Virus record (IMG/VR): IMGVR_UViG_3300028840_003545
Length of the DNA: 64,000 bases
Origin: an uncultured virus (IMG/VR IMGVR_UViG_3300028840_003545)
Lineage: Duplodnaviria; Heunggongvirae; Uroviricota; Caudoviricetes
Direction: 5' to 3' (one strand)
Positions 49,867 through 60,582 of this stretch are shown here, in pieces. A program made the position numbers and the translations under genes. Positions within the stretch are counted from its first letter, which is position 1, and every line of letters begins with the position of its first letter. Below the pieces are notes generated by a model, which saw only the letters and a program-made list of their open reading frames with translations, had not been told where the DNA came from and ran no database searches.

Positions 49867-50283
49867 TCACTTATAACCTTTGTAAGAAGCCTGTCCTGGT
49901 TCGATTGATATAGTCTTTTGTTCTTCTTCAAGCTTTTTTATATCTTCATCAGTCAATGGTAAACTAATTTCCATATTAGTCATTCCGCAGCAACAATCGA
50001 AATGTTTAGCAGTCAAGCATTCATTTAATTCCATCTCTATACGAGATATATTACCCAAATCTGCTGGCTTTTTCTTAGACCATGTATCCATTAAATGAGC
50101 ATGATCGCGAGCCAACTTGGATAGTTTTGGATCACCAAAGACAAAATCATTCAGTACAGCCCACATTCTTACTGCTGTAGCTCCAACCGAATCTTGAGCA
50201 CGAATTATAAAAACAGGCTCATCAACAGGGATCTTGTTTTCAGGATCTTGAATGCGATTGTAATCTGGTCTAGCATGTTTCAT
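49867..50283 (-). CDS. Hypothetical phage protein
   Basis: IPVDEPVFIIRAQD motif. Confidence 0.65.
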   Translation of the reverse strand: MKHARPDYNRIQDPENKIPVDEPVFIIRAQDSVGATAVRMWAVLNDFVFGDPKLSKLARDHAHLMDTWSKKKPADLGNISRIEMELNECLTAKHFDCCCGMTNMEISLPLTDEDIKKLEEEQKTISIEPGQASYKGYK

Positions 50284-50744
50284 TTATTCATTCCTTCCAT
50301 CATGTTCTTTATGCCATGTAAAGTTTTTACAACTTTTTCTTTAACTTCTTTTACTAACTTCATCATACCACATAAAGCTTCAGCTGGATCTTCATCCATG
50401 TATGACAAACTTGGGTATCTGTAACATTTGCACACATATTTTTTATCTTCTTCAGAAAAATGAATGTGAAATCTATCAATTTTTGTATCAATACATTCTT
50501 CTATATTTTTGGAACAAATTGGACACAATTCTAGATGCATTGCGTATTGTTGTCCAACTTGCCCTCTTTGTAATGTAAATTTACCACCTTTCTCCCAAAA
50601 CTCTTCATAAGAAGTTTCTACTTTGCATATATCACATATATAAATTGAATCAGAAATATCACTATTGTACTCATAAAACTGTCCTGGTACAACACTGTCT
50701 CTAACTCTAAACTTGTGTGCCATTATATTACCTATCTTCTTCAA
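50280..50744 (-). CDS. Zinc ribbon fused to HicB-like domain
   Basis: CDIC...CPIC; FHIHFSEEDKKYVCKCYRYPSLSYMDEDPAEAL. Confidence 0.55.
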   Translation of the reverse strand: MKKIGNIMAHKFRVRDSVVPGQFYEYNSDISDSIYICDICKVETSYEEFWEKGGKFTLQRGQVGQQYAMHLELCPICSKNIEECIDTKIDRFHIHFSEEDKKYVCKCYRYPSLSYMDEDPAEALCGMMKLVKEVKEKVVKTLHGIKNMMEGMNK

Positions 50745-51267
50745 TCTGTTTAAAACTTTGCGAAACTACAGCGCCTTTTGATGTTTTATCTTTGTAATGT
50801 CCATTATAAAGTTTTACTTTTCCAATCATTTCATGAAAACGAACTTGACAAAAACGCATACCTTTTAATATACGAACTGGATGTAAAACTACTACTTCAA
50901 GTGTCCCATGTCCGATAAAACCTGGATCAAAAAAACCAGCTGTTACATGAATCCATATAAATAAACGTCCAAGACTGCTTTTACCATCCAATACAGGAAC
51001 AAATTTTTCTGAACCAAAACGCTCCATTGTATGCATAAGATACCCAAAACCAGGCAAAAGAAGCATAGTATTATCTGTATCCCATTTTACGTCTATCGTC
51101 TCATTTTCCTTTCTAACATCTAAACAATAATCGTAATCATATCTAACTACCTGATCACCTAAACGTAAATCATAACTAGTAGGATTGAGTTGTTTCGAAT
51201 CAAATGGATCAATAATTATATCTTTTCTTTCAACAGATTCTTTAATGTATTCACCAGTTAATATCAT
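50728..51267 (-). CDS. dcd: dCTP deaminase
   Basis: LNPTSYDLRLG, GKSSLGRL, TAGFFDPGFIGHGTLE, GMRFCQ. Confidence 0.92.
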   Translation of the reverse strand: MILTGEYIKESVERKDIIIDPFDSKQLNPTSYDLRLGDQVVRYDYDYCLDVRKENETIDVKWDTDNTMLLLPGFGYLMHTMERFGSEKFVPVLDGKSSLGRLFIWIHVTAGFFDPGFIGHGTLEVVVLHPVRILKGMRFCQVRFHEMIGKVKLYNGHYKDKTSKGAVVSQSFKQIEEDR

Positions 51268-51921
51268 AATACATTCCTTTATTTACTTCTAAAACCTGTT
51301 AAAGCAAACACAGCACCTACACCTACTGCTGCTAGTCCTAGTACAGCCATGTACAATTCTGATTCTAAATACTCAAGCGTTATTAACTCTTCTTTAGTAC
51401 ATAATTGTCTATCACAAACCTGACAAGCTCCCCATTTCATACCACGAAAAAACTTTTCTACTCTATAGTCAATAGAATGATATTTATATCTAAACCTATT
51501 TAAAAATTCCGATGGCATGAAACTTGCTTTCCTATAAATCGATCATTGATTATCAACGATTATCAATCAATATTGTTGATTATAAACAGGCTGCTTTATA
51601 TTCCAGGATCTTCGCCTCCTTCTCCATTCCACGTGCGACTTCCCTGACTGCTATTTAAACTAGCTTGTTGTACTCTAAATATCATATCGCTACTTTGACT
51701 ACGACGTCTTTTAGGTTTGATAAACTTTTCTGATTTACGTTTTTCTCCGATAGGAATCCAATTGTCATCTTTATCACAATTATCACAACAATACCCAGGT
51801 CCAACACATTTTAAAGAATTTGATTTGAAGTCATAATGATAAATATCTACTCCAGACCAACGGGTAGCAGGAGCACCACAATATCTACATTTATGTTCCA
51901 TTGCTATCCTTTAGATTTTAT

Positions 51922-52530
51922 CTAACAACCGTCCTGTAATGGTATAGTATTTTTATCAAAATCAGGCGTTGCTGTTAACTTTCTCCATATCCACCGTGCC
52001 CAACTGGCTCGACCAGCTTCCGAGGGGTGAAGTTTATCATCCCACATTTCTATATCAATCTGTCTTGAATCTAATACTATCACCTCTGGAATTAGCATAT
52101 TGTATATTTTAAGCAGTCCTTCTTTAGCATATTCAAGTTTGGGTGGACCAATCCAAACAACCTTCGTTTGCTTTCTTCTTAATCTAGACAATAGACGATA
52201 CAAATAAGGTGGCTCATTTGCTATTACATGTGATTCGAAATAAGCGTCATTAGAGCCAAGTGCCACCAATACTACATCAGGATTAAAACGTCTAAGCTCT
52301 CTATATTCATTTCTAAGCTCTAAATCCCATTGAATTATTGAGCTACCTGCTACCGGATTGCCTCCAAAAACCACGCCATTGCGCTTTGTAATCCTCGGTA
52401 GTTCATGCATAAGTAAACATGCATTTGAATCTCCAATCATCCATACTCTGTCTCCTTCTTTAACAAGCGACTCGGTTTGAACCACCGTAGAAAAGAGCAG
52501 AGTAAAAGCTAAAAAGTTGACGCCATTCAT
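51922..52530 (-). CDS. SGNH/GDSL hydrolase with signal peptide
   Basis: IGDSN, GSS, LGSND, DKLHP blocks. Confidence 0.85.
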   Translation of the reverse strand: MNGVNFLAFTLLFSTVVQTESLVKEGDRVWMIGDSNACLLMHELPRITKRNGVVFGGNPVAGSSIIQWDLELRNEYRELRRFNPDVVLVALGSNDAYFESHVIANEPPYLYRLLSRLRRKQTKVVWIGPPKLEYAKEGLLKIYNMLIPEVIVLDSRQIDIEMWDDKLHPSEAGRASWARWIWRKLTATPDFDKNTIPLQDGC

Positions 52531-53171
52531 TTACTTCTTATTCAACTTATAACTAAAAATTTCGAAAGCTTTCTCAGATTCAGTATGAAACTCTTCAATT
52601 AATTTTATAGTATTATTCAAACGTTCTTTAACAGGCTCCTGTAATTCTTCAGAAAGGGCCGCTAAACACCAACTACAAAGAGTTAAATGTCCAAGAAATG
52701 CTCCTAATGAATTATGTACATCCTTTTTATATACAGAACATCCCATTGCTATCGATTTGTCAGTCAACTGTTCTTTAGTTACACCACAACAATCACACTT
52801 ATTGTTAAAACCATCTCTAGGCATTATTTACCCCACCTATCATGACGTCCTAGCTCTCTTTTTCTTTCTCTTTTTATATCATCTTCCATACGAGATAGCT
52901 TCTTATTTATACGTCGCATACTTTTATTCGTTTTGTCTCATATTATGTATTCCTAGCTATCTCACAATCTTTACAATTACAAAAACCGAATTTACTCATT
53001 TTAAAAGTTCTTACAGCGTCATCAGCTCGCTTTTGAGCCCAGTCTAGCCATTTAGTCTCATCTGGCAAGATATCATTTTTAACATGAATCTCAGATACAG
53101 GTTTCATACACCTTCTTAAAGAAAGGGTGTAAACATGCATCCAAAGCTCTTGCTCTAACTGACTTAGTTCT

Positions 53172-53861
53172 TTATGTTCCATCGTTTTGCTTTCTTAACA
53201 TAGTAAATGAACCGTGATCATATCGCTGCAAAGGAGTTGCGAATTTCATGAAATTTATTGTTGGAATCTTAGTTTTCGTTAAATCTGATTCCAATCTACT
53301 CAAAACCGCCTCCTTTATCCATCTATTGTGGCTACCACGTTTCTTATGATAACGCTTACGATTCTTTTTATTCCAATCAGCAAACTTCTTTTTCTCTTCT
53401 CTAGTATAATATCTAAATATCTCACTAGCATAATGATCATTGTGTTTATTCATAACCATTAGTAGACGAACAACTTCTACAACTAATTCTGTAGGAAGTT
53501 TTGAGGACATTACATCTTCATCTAGTTCCGTAGACTCTATGTCGTTTGGAGGATCATTAAAGTAAACAACTATGTAATCAAGATTGCAAGTTTCATCAAA
53601 TTCACCAGCGGCAAATCTACTGAATCTCCCTAATACTTTACTAAGTTCAATTCGAATCCTATTACCAAACCATCCTATATCAACAAAAACACCATTCAAT
53701 ACATCACTACAACTTATACTTACATACCATGGACGAAGCCCTTTGCTAACTTGATGCTTATAACTATCGATAGCAGATAAATGTTGTTTTAGCGTTCTTC
53801 TAGGTGGCTTATAATTACACCCTCTTTTACGATAAATAGAAACCATTTGATAATAATTCAT
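53172..53861 (-). CDS. Hypothetical protein
   Basis: ORF 229 aa in array. Confidence 0.55.
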   Translation of the reverse strand: MNYYQMVSIYRKRGCNYKPPRRTLKQHLSAIDSYKHQVSKGLRPWYVSISCSDVLNGVFVDIGWFGNRIRIELSKVLGRFSRFAAGEFDETCNLDYIVVYFNDPPNDIESTELDEDVMSSKLPTELVVEVVRLLMVMNKHNDHYASEIFRYYTREEKKKFADWNKKNRKRYHKKRGSHNRWIKEAVLSRLESDLTKTKIPTINFMKFATPLQRYDHGSFTMLRKQNDGT

Positions 53862-54475
53862 GTTATATATCCTTGATTTCTAAATTTAATGTACACCAAG
53901 ACTCATGTCGATCTGAAGGTCTAGCATTGCAATAAGGACAAAATATTCTATCGTTACATTTTATCCATTCTACTGCCTTAAGAACAACATGTTTACGTCT
54001 AATTTTAGACTTTAACTTCTTATTTTCATCTAAAAGTGTGTCAATATTGTGCTTCATTGGATCTGTTATAGCCATTTTATTATCCCTCGTAGTAATCTAG
54101 ATGTTTCACAATCAACAGCTTTACCTATAACATCACATTTAGCAGTGCGCCAAGGTTTCATATCCTCTTTATCACATTCTGGATATACTAACTCATATTA
54201 ATTTGACTTATTACACCATGTGTTCCATCTGGAAGTAATTTTCTTTCCTGTAAAAGCATATTACAACCAAGTACAACGAACATGCGTCCACATCTATTAC
54301 ATTCTATGATTACTTTACCATCACTAAGTGATACATGAAACAGATTATGTTTTTTACAATCTGGATCATTGCATACCAACATTTTAGTAATGGCTGGAGC
54401 TGGAACCGTAGCAACAACAGACATCTTATCCCCTTCTTTTCTTTCTATATGCAGAACTGACTATTATATCGTTAG

Positions 54476-54549
54476 TAGGTCAAGCGGGAATCGAACCCGC
54501 AACTTACGGATTAAAAGTCCGTTACTCTACCTAGTTGAGTTATTGACCC
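54476..54549 (-). tRNA. trnK: tRNA-Lys (UUU)
   Basis: GGGTCAA/TTGACCT acceptor, ACGGA-CTTTTAA-TCCGT anticodon arm, GCGGG-TTCGATT-CCCGC T arm; no encoded CCA. Confidence 0.95.
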
Positions 54550-54801
54550 TAATTAGTATTCAATTTATCTAAAGGCCCATCATCTCCATCTATACATCTC
54601 CTTTCTCTCATAGGTAAATCACGATAAGAATTCAATATAAGACCGTTATTGAATAATATACAATGTTTAAAACGATAATTTGGACATTTTATCGAACAAT
54701 GGTCTTTATTACCATCACCACAAATATATATCCTAATTAAAAATCTAGATTGCTTTCCTCTTCTGACCATACGAGATTGAATCATGATCAGTTCTCTTTT
54801 G

Positions 54802-54919
54802 TCCTAGCGACAGGAATCGAACCTGTTAGCCCCACCAATTCACAACACCATAACCCGAAAGGCAATCGAAATGAGCAAGCATGAATTGGTTTGTTGACTT
54901 CATCCATATGATCGCTAGG
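54802..54919 (-). ncRNA. tRNA-like RNA with long extended arm replacing the anticodon arm
   Basis: CCTAGCG/CGCTAGG+A acceptor, ACAGG-TTCGATT-CCTGT T arm, TCAT/ATGA D-like stem, ACCAATTCA/TGAATTGGT long stem. Confidence 0.7.
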
Positions 54920-54928
54920 ATAATTAAG

Positions 54929-55309
54929 TTAAAACTTCAAGGTAACTTTTGGTCTATTATTAACCTCATAAGTTAAAGGGTCAACATATTTGACCACTCT
55001 AGAAATTGAATCAGCGTATGCGGTTTCTCCTATTATACCAGTGCTTTCTTGCCATCCTGATAAAAGTAAAATCCAATACTCGGTGCATATATTAATCAAA
55101 GCATGATTATATTTGTGCCAATACTTGTAATCAGTTGGCAATTCTGAAACCTTTGCGATAGAATGACAATGCGCTATAGGTGATATAATATTAAGTCCTT
55201 GACGCATAAAGTAACCTGCTGCTTTACAAACAGCATCTACCCGATATAAGACTATATCTTCATCATTATGAGTATATGGACTTGCTAAGTATATCATAAT
55301 ATCTTTCAA
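54929..55309 (-). CDS. DUF1937 / nucleoside 2-deoxyribosyltransferase-like protein
   Basis: IYLASPYT...SPIAHCH...GWQESTGIIGE. Confidence 0.75.
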   Translation of the reverse strand: MKDIMIYLASPYTHNDEDIVLYRVDAVCKAAGYFMRQGLNIISPIAHCHSIAKVSELPTDYKYWHKYNHALINICTEYWILLLSGWQESTGIIGETAYADSISRVVKYVDPLTYEVNNRPKVTLKF

Positions 55310-56667
55310 TGAAACGTTAAAACTTCCGAATGACCCGCTTCACCATTGATTACGAATCTACCGCGACCATGAGGATTTTCCTTCAATGTTTTCATAATTC
55401 TATTCCATTGTTTAATTCCATATATTCCGATATACTGCCATCTCCAATGCGCTCCCAAAATTTGTTTATCCAATTTGGGACCTATTTTGCGACTGCGAGT
55501 ATTTCTTTTAGCGAATGTTCTATATTTCATGATCAATTCACGTTCTTATTAAGTTCAGGTATTCTAACACCTTTATTCTGTAAAGCAAGTACCATATTAC
55601 CAATACCCATTTGCATAAGCTTACTATCATTCATAAGAGCTTGTTTTTCGATATTAGTCATAGTTTTATTCCACTTAACTGCGGCATCTTTCCATAACTC
55701 TTCAAGTTTATGTCCGTCTACCCCTTCTGGATAAGGACCACAACTAATAGTGAATTCTTTTCCTTGAGTCTTTAAAGTCATAAATATACCATTAGCATAA
55801 AGAGCCATGTATATATCATCAGACTTAAACCCAAGACGTCTAAACATCTCGAATGCTGCTAGCGACTCTTTTATTACTTTATACATTTTAATCACAACTC
55901 CCGTGACACCACCACTTGGCTTCGAATAAAACGCCTAGACCTTCTGCTATCTCGTTTTCATTTATACATATATCTTGAGGACCACCGTAGCCACCAGGAT
56001 TAAAACCCAATTTATTTTGAGCTTTTACTACATCTTCATAACTTGGCTTTTCGTCGAAATTCACAGTAAAACGTACTTTTGAATTACGACCATTACCCTG
56101 CCTCTCATATCCTGATGTTATAGTATTCATTTCCACTCTTTTTCTAAAGTGTCAGCTACTTTTCTAAGTCCATTAGCCATTGCTAATCTAACTCTAAAAA
56201 ATAGATATATCTCGAAAATCCTTCTCAATTTCATATCATCCTTTATCTACAGGTATTAGCTTAACTACCATACCTGAATGTATAGCATCACCCGCTTTGC
56301 CCACGCACGTCTCTATAACGTATTCCTCATCGGCGACGGGTAAAGCCTCAGGAGAGGGCACAGAGCCGCTCCACGTGGACATTTCGGGGCGAAACGAGCC
56401 GTTCGGAGTCTCGATCGTTAGTTCTAACTCATCTCCCATATGATTACATACACACTGAAGTGCGCCGTTTGTTCCTTTTTGATTTTCTTCTGTTTTAAGA
56501 GCGAAACCACAGCATGGGCAAAAAGCAGTCAAGATTCTCTTTAATATTTCTTTTCTTTCTAATTCTGTGCAGTGATAATGCAAGTCACTCAATATTTGCA
56601 TTATAAAAAGTTCTTTTTCTTTATCCATCTTGACTGCCTTATCTATTCCTAATGCCTCATTTGAATC

Positions 56668-57099
56668 CTAATTATTTCCTATATTATCATCTTCATCTTC
56701 ATTTGTATCATCATCAATATCAACATCCACTTCGTCATCACTGTACTGTTGCTGTTCTTGTTGACGCTTTTTATGTCCACTTCTCATAAAATGTGGTCTA
56801 CGCTCTTCTGGCATCCTATCTATAACTTCTTCAAAATCCACAGCAGCATGAACTGGTCTAATACTCATAACGCATATGTCTTCTGGAATACCAAAAGTTC
56901 CGCCACGAGTAATAAACGTAACCTGTGTTTCCAGACATTTGCCAGTATATTCACTAGCATGTGGATCAAATTCACGCATAATAACTATATCACCAGCGCG
57001 ATAATCTTTATCACCTTTCCTAACTTCGTGCGTCTTTGCTCCCCTACGCACTGCATCAAATTGCTTAGTCCAAACTTTTAGATAGTGTGTTTTCATCAT
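56668..57099 (-). CDS. ASCH/PUA-like (DUF3850) protein
   Basis: HYLKVWTKQFDAVRRGAKTHEVRKGDKDYRAGD. Confidence 0.8.
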   Translation of the reverse strand: MMKTHYLKVWTKQFDAVRRGAKTHEVRKGDKDYRAGDIVIMREFDPHASEYTGKCLETQVTFITRGGTFGIPEDICVMSIRPVHAAVDFEEVIDRMPEERRPHFMRSGHKKRQQEQQQYSDDEVDVDIDDDTNEDEDDNIGNN

Positions 57100-57716
57100 T
57101 TGAAGTATTACCGTTTCCTTTTCTTCTTTAACAGCTAATTATTATTGTCTAGGATAACCTGCAACCATAGAAGGAAGATTACGACCCATAGCAGACGACA
57201 TACCACCTACTATCTGAATTATATTTGATAGCAAAGCTAACTCTAACCCATCAATACGTGCCAAATTCTTTTCATCTGGACCAATCATAATATAACTTTG
57301 TGGAATCTTATCGGCTTTAGTTGGATCATAAGAAGCAAGCTCTTCTATTGATAAAGATTCTGTAACTATAACTATTACAGTACCTCTATCTAATGTTATC
57401 TTTTTTCTTTCAACTTTCATCTCATAATCTCCTTAGCTAATACTCTATACAATTGTGGTAGATTGTTAAATCCAGCTTCTTGAATGTCTTTCTCTATTAA
57501 TTCTTGTGCTTCTGTATTATTACTACCATATTCTTCCATAATTTCAGCAAGAGCTAGCATAGCCATACCCATATGCTTAGGAGTGATATGATACTTATGT
57601 GATTTAACTTTAAATCTAACTGCTAATTCAGCTAAGTCGTTTCGCATTTTTGTCACCTGATAAAAAGTATCCAACCAGTAGCCCTAAAGTAAAGGCTACA
57701 AAAAATATAGACATGA

Positions 57717-58007
57717 CTAATGCACGTTGGACATTAATGTATCTTTTATCTCTTTCTCAATTACAGATTGTAATCCTACCAACATAAACGGGAGAGTAAC
57801 CTCTACGATTATCTCTTTAGGATTAGTATGTATTTCAACCTTACCATTTACTCCGTTAGCAGCTCCAGAACCTGTAAACTTTAAAAGTGTAGCGCTTTCC
57901 CATTTTGCATCTATATCATAATCTCCTTTCATTTTTACTGCCATCTGATGAGCAATTTTTTGTACATCATTAGGTGGCATTGTATATACTTTTCGAATCT
58001 TAATCAT
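57717..58007 (-). CDS. Polyhydroxyalkanoic-acid-system (PHA_gran_rgn)-like protein
   Basis: MKGDYDIDAKWESATLLKFTGSG..GVNGKVEI...VEVTLPFMLVGLQSVIEKEI. Confidence 0.65.
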   Translation of the reverse strand: MIKIRKVYTMPPNDVQKIAHQMAVKMKGDYDIDAKWESATLLKFTGSGAANGVNGKVEIHTNPKEIIVEVTLPFMLVGLQSVIEKEIKDTLMSNVH

Positions 58008-59156
58008 ACCATATCTCCTTGATTAAAACCTTTGTGATAACGACCAAGAAGAAAATTCTGCTATGTTCCCTCACAAAACAAACCGAGTCTCTTTTTGTCT
58101 TGATCGTCATCACAAAAACATTAATCTTGTTTACCTACAGGTACTCCATCTACAAGCGTATCTATATGACTAACTTCAATTACTTCAGTTTCAGTTGCAT
58201 AACTACTATATCTACTCAAACCTTTCTCTATATTTTCTTGAACCAGCTCTTCAGACATTGGTTTATCATTATCTTCTCTTTCAACGTCTACTCGTATAGT
58301 CACTAAATATTGATCTATCATTATCTTTTACCTCCTTATCACACAACGGACATTCTTCTATTCGCCATTCTCTAGATTCGTCAACTATATATCTACCATG
58401 AATTTCGCATACATCCCAAGTTGGTTCTGCTGTAATGTACGAATCACCAGTTTCGATAGCATTATTTCTATAAAGTAAAAGTTCATAAAGCCATTCTGCT
58501 ATATTATAAAGCCCAAACTTTTTAACAAATAATATTGCAGCATGGATGTTTTCTTCTTCATCTTCATATTTCTTTTGTAAATCCATTACCAACCTCGTCT
58601 AAGTGAACCAATGAGATCTATTGGATTTTTGTTCTTATAATCTTCCAATTCTTGTCTAAATTCTAATTCTATCTTGGCAGCAGTTCTATTCTCTTCAGTT
58701 CCAAAGACAATAAAATCTATAAGTAATTTATTACTGTATCTAGACATTTCGGCTTCATATGAGGCGACTACTCTTCTAAAATTCTCAATTTCTTTATTAG
58801 TCCTCTTTTTAGTCATGATACCACCGGACTGTAACGATTGATTCTTTTACACAACTCACAATCACAATCCATATCAAAGAAATCATCAATTGAGTGAAAA
58901 TCAAAAATATTCAACAAAAATATACACTCAGCTACAGAAAGACCGCTTTGTTCACATTTGACTACTATATAATAAGCTTTCTGAGTCTTTGTTAACGACT
59001 CATTATGTAAAGCTTCTTTAATTACGTTTCTCTGTAATTCAGACAAAACGAATTCATCAACGTACTTTCGCATTCCGAAAATGCACTTGTACGTTCTCCT
59101 AAAAAGAAGAGCTTTGGATTTGTTGATTGTTGTGAAGATTTGAAAGCTTATATTGC

Positions 59157-59615
59157 TCATTTCATTGACCTTATACGTTCTTTTGCACGGTGTATCTTTA
59201 CCCCTACCGTGCTAGCTGGTATATTAGTATATTTACCTATCTCATTGTAATCATATCCTTCTACATACAACGTAAGAAGGTTTTTCTGTAATTTATTCAG
59301 ACTATCTATAGCTTCACCTACGACAACAATATCTACAGTTTCTTTATCTGCAATGTCGTAAGCTTCATCTATATCGCAGAACTGAACCCTACCACGTATC
59401 TCACAAAGTCTCAAGAACTTTGTAAACATTATCCTTTTTACCCAAGCTCTAAGACTACCTCCCTTAAACTGATACGACTTTTCAAATGCTCTTAATAAAG
59501 TATCTTGTAATAGGTCATCTGCAGAATCTTTATTCTTTGTAAATCTATATGCTACACGATAGAAGAATGCCCTATCTTTTGCTATCTCCTCTAATATTTT
59601 TTCTTTGTCGCTCAT
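59157..59615 (-). CDS. ECF-type RNA polymerase sigma factor
   Basis: AYRFTKNKDSADDLLQDTLLRA...LRAWVKRIM (region 2); EGYDYNEIG...STVGVKIHRAK (region 4). Confidence 0.9.
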   Translation of the reverse strand: MSDKEKILEEIAKDRAFFYRVAYRFTKNKDSADDLLQDTLLRAFEKSYQFKGGSLRAWVKRIMFTKFLRLCEIRGRVQFCDIDEAYDIADKETVDIVVVGEAIDSLNKLQKNLLTLYVEGYDYNEIGKYTNIPASTVGVKIHRAKERIRSMK

Positions 59616-60330
59616 TTATCTTTGCTCTTATACTAACCATCTCACGTTCTGATTCTTTCATATTCTGTCTAATATACTTCAAGTCAATGTAAAAATCATT
59701 AAGCAAATAAAGACTGACAACAGAAGATAGCCAACGACAAAGATAACCTTCTACATTACATGGTACCTTGGTAGGTTGCCAATCTTCAATTCTACATTGA
59801 ATAAAATGAAACCTAACCCAAGCTTCCATTGCTGGAAGTTTTTCAGATGTTCCTTTGCATGATGACATTAAAGAGTAAGCTACTTCAATTACATCAAAAT
59901 CATAACGACTAAATTCAAAACCAGATATACGATAAAGACCTGGAGACAAAACTTCAGAATTACTACATTCTTTAATAAGCAATGACGGATTACACTGTGG
60001 ACAAGTACCGCCACCGTTACCATCACAGGTCGCACAAGGTTCTGTAGTCATGGGATGACCAGTTTCTTTATCTATATTTACGTGTCTACTCATCGTATTA
60101 TGTCCTTACATACTGAACAACTCGAATATTTATCTTATAAACTTCCTGGAAATGCAATATACCCATATGGGTTCTAGAACCAAGCATATCTTTCGGAACC
60201 GAATTTACAAAACGATCAAACTTAGCTTGGCTCATACATCTTTTATGAGAACCATTGCTTCTTTTGTCGCGTAAGAGATTAACTCTTTTATAACGATTTA
60301 CTTGCTTTTTATGTGCTCTTGGTTTCATAT

Positions 60331-60570
60331 CTACCATCCAGGTATAAACTTTTTTAATGCTTCATCAGTTCCAATTTCAAGGAAATCACCTTTTGTTGTT
60401 TGCATAAATATATTAATTTTTTCACGAACTTGCCAATGTGTTAAATTGTCATCCCAAAACTTACGTATTCCTCGTAACTCGTCTAAACATTCATTGCATA
60501 TGTACGTCTCCCCTTCAATCAATATTTTACACATTGGTTGATCGCATCTACCACAATTCATAGCACCCAT
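60331..60570 (-). CDS. Small Cys-rich protein (paralog of 35161-35421)
   Basis: MGAMNCGRCDQPMC...YICNECLDEL. Confidence 0.65.
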   Translation of the reverse strand: MGAMNCGRCDQPMCKILIEGETYICNECLDELRGIRKFWDDNLTHWQVREKINIFMQTTKGDFLEIGTDEALKKFIPGW

Positions 60571-60582
60571 AACTTACCTGTA

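Noticed and set aside
57678..57705. GTAGCC/GGCTAC hairpin as an intrinsic terminator
   Set aside because: On the transcribed - strand the T run precedes the stem instead of following it.
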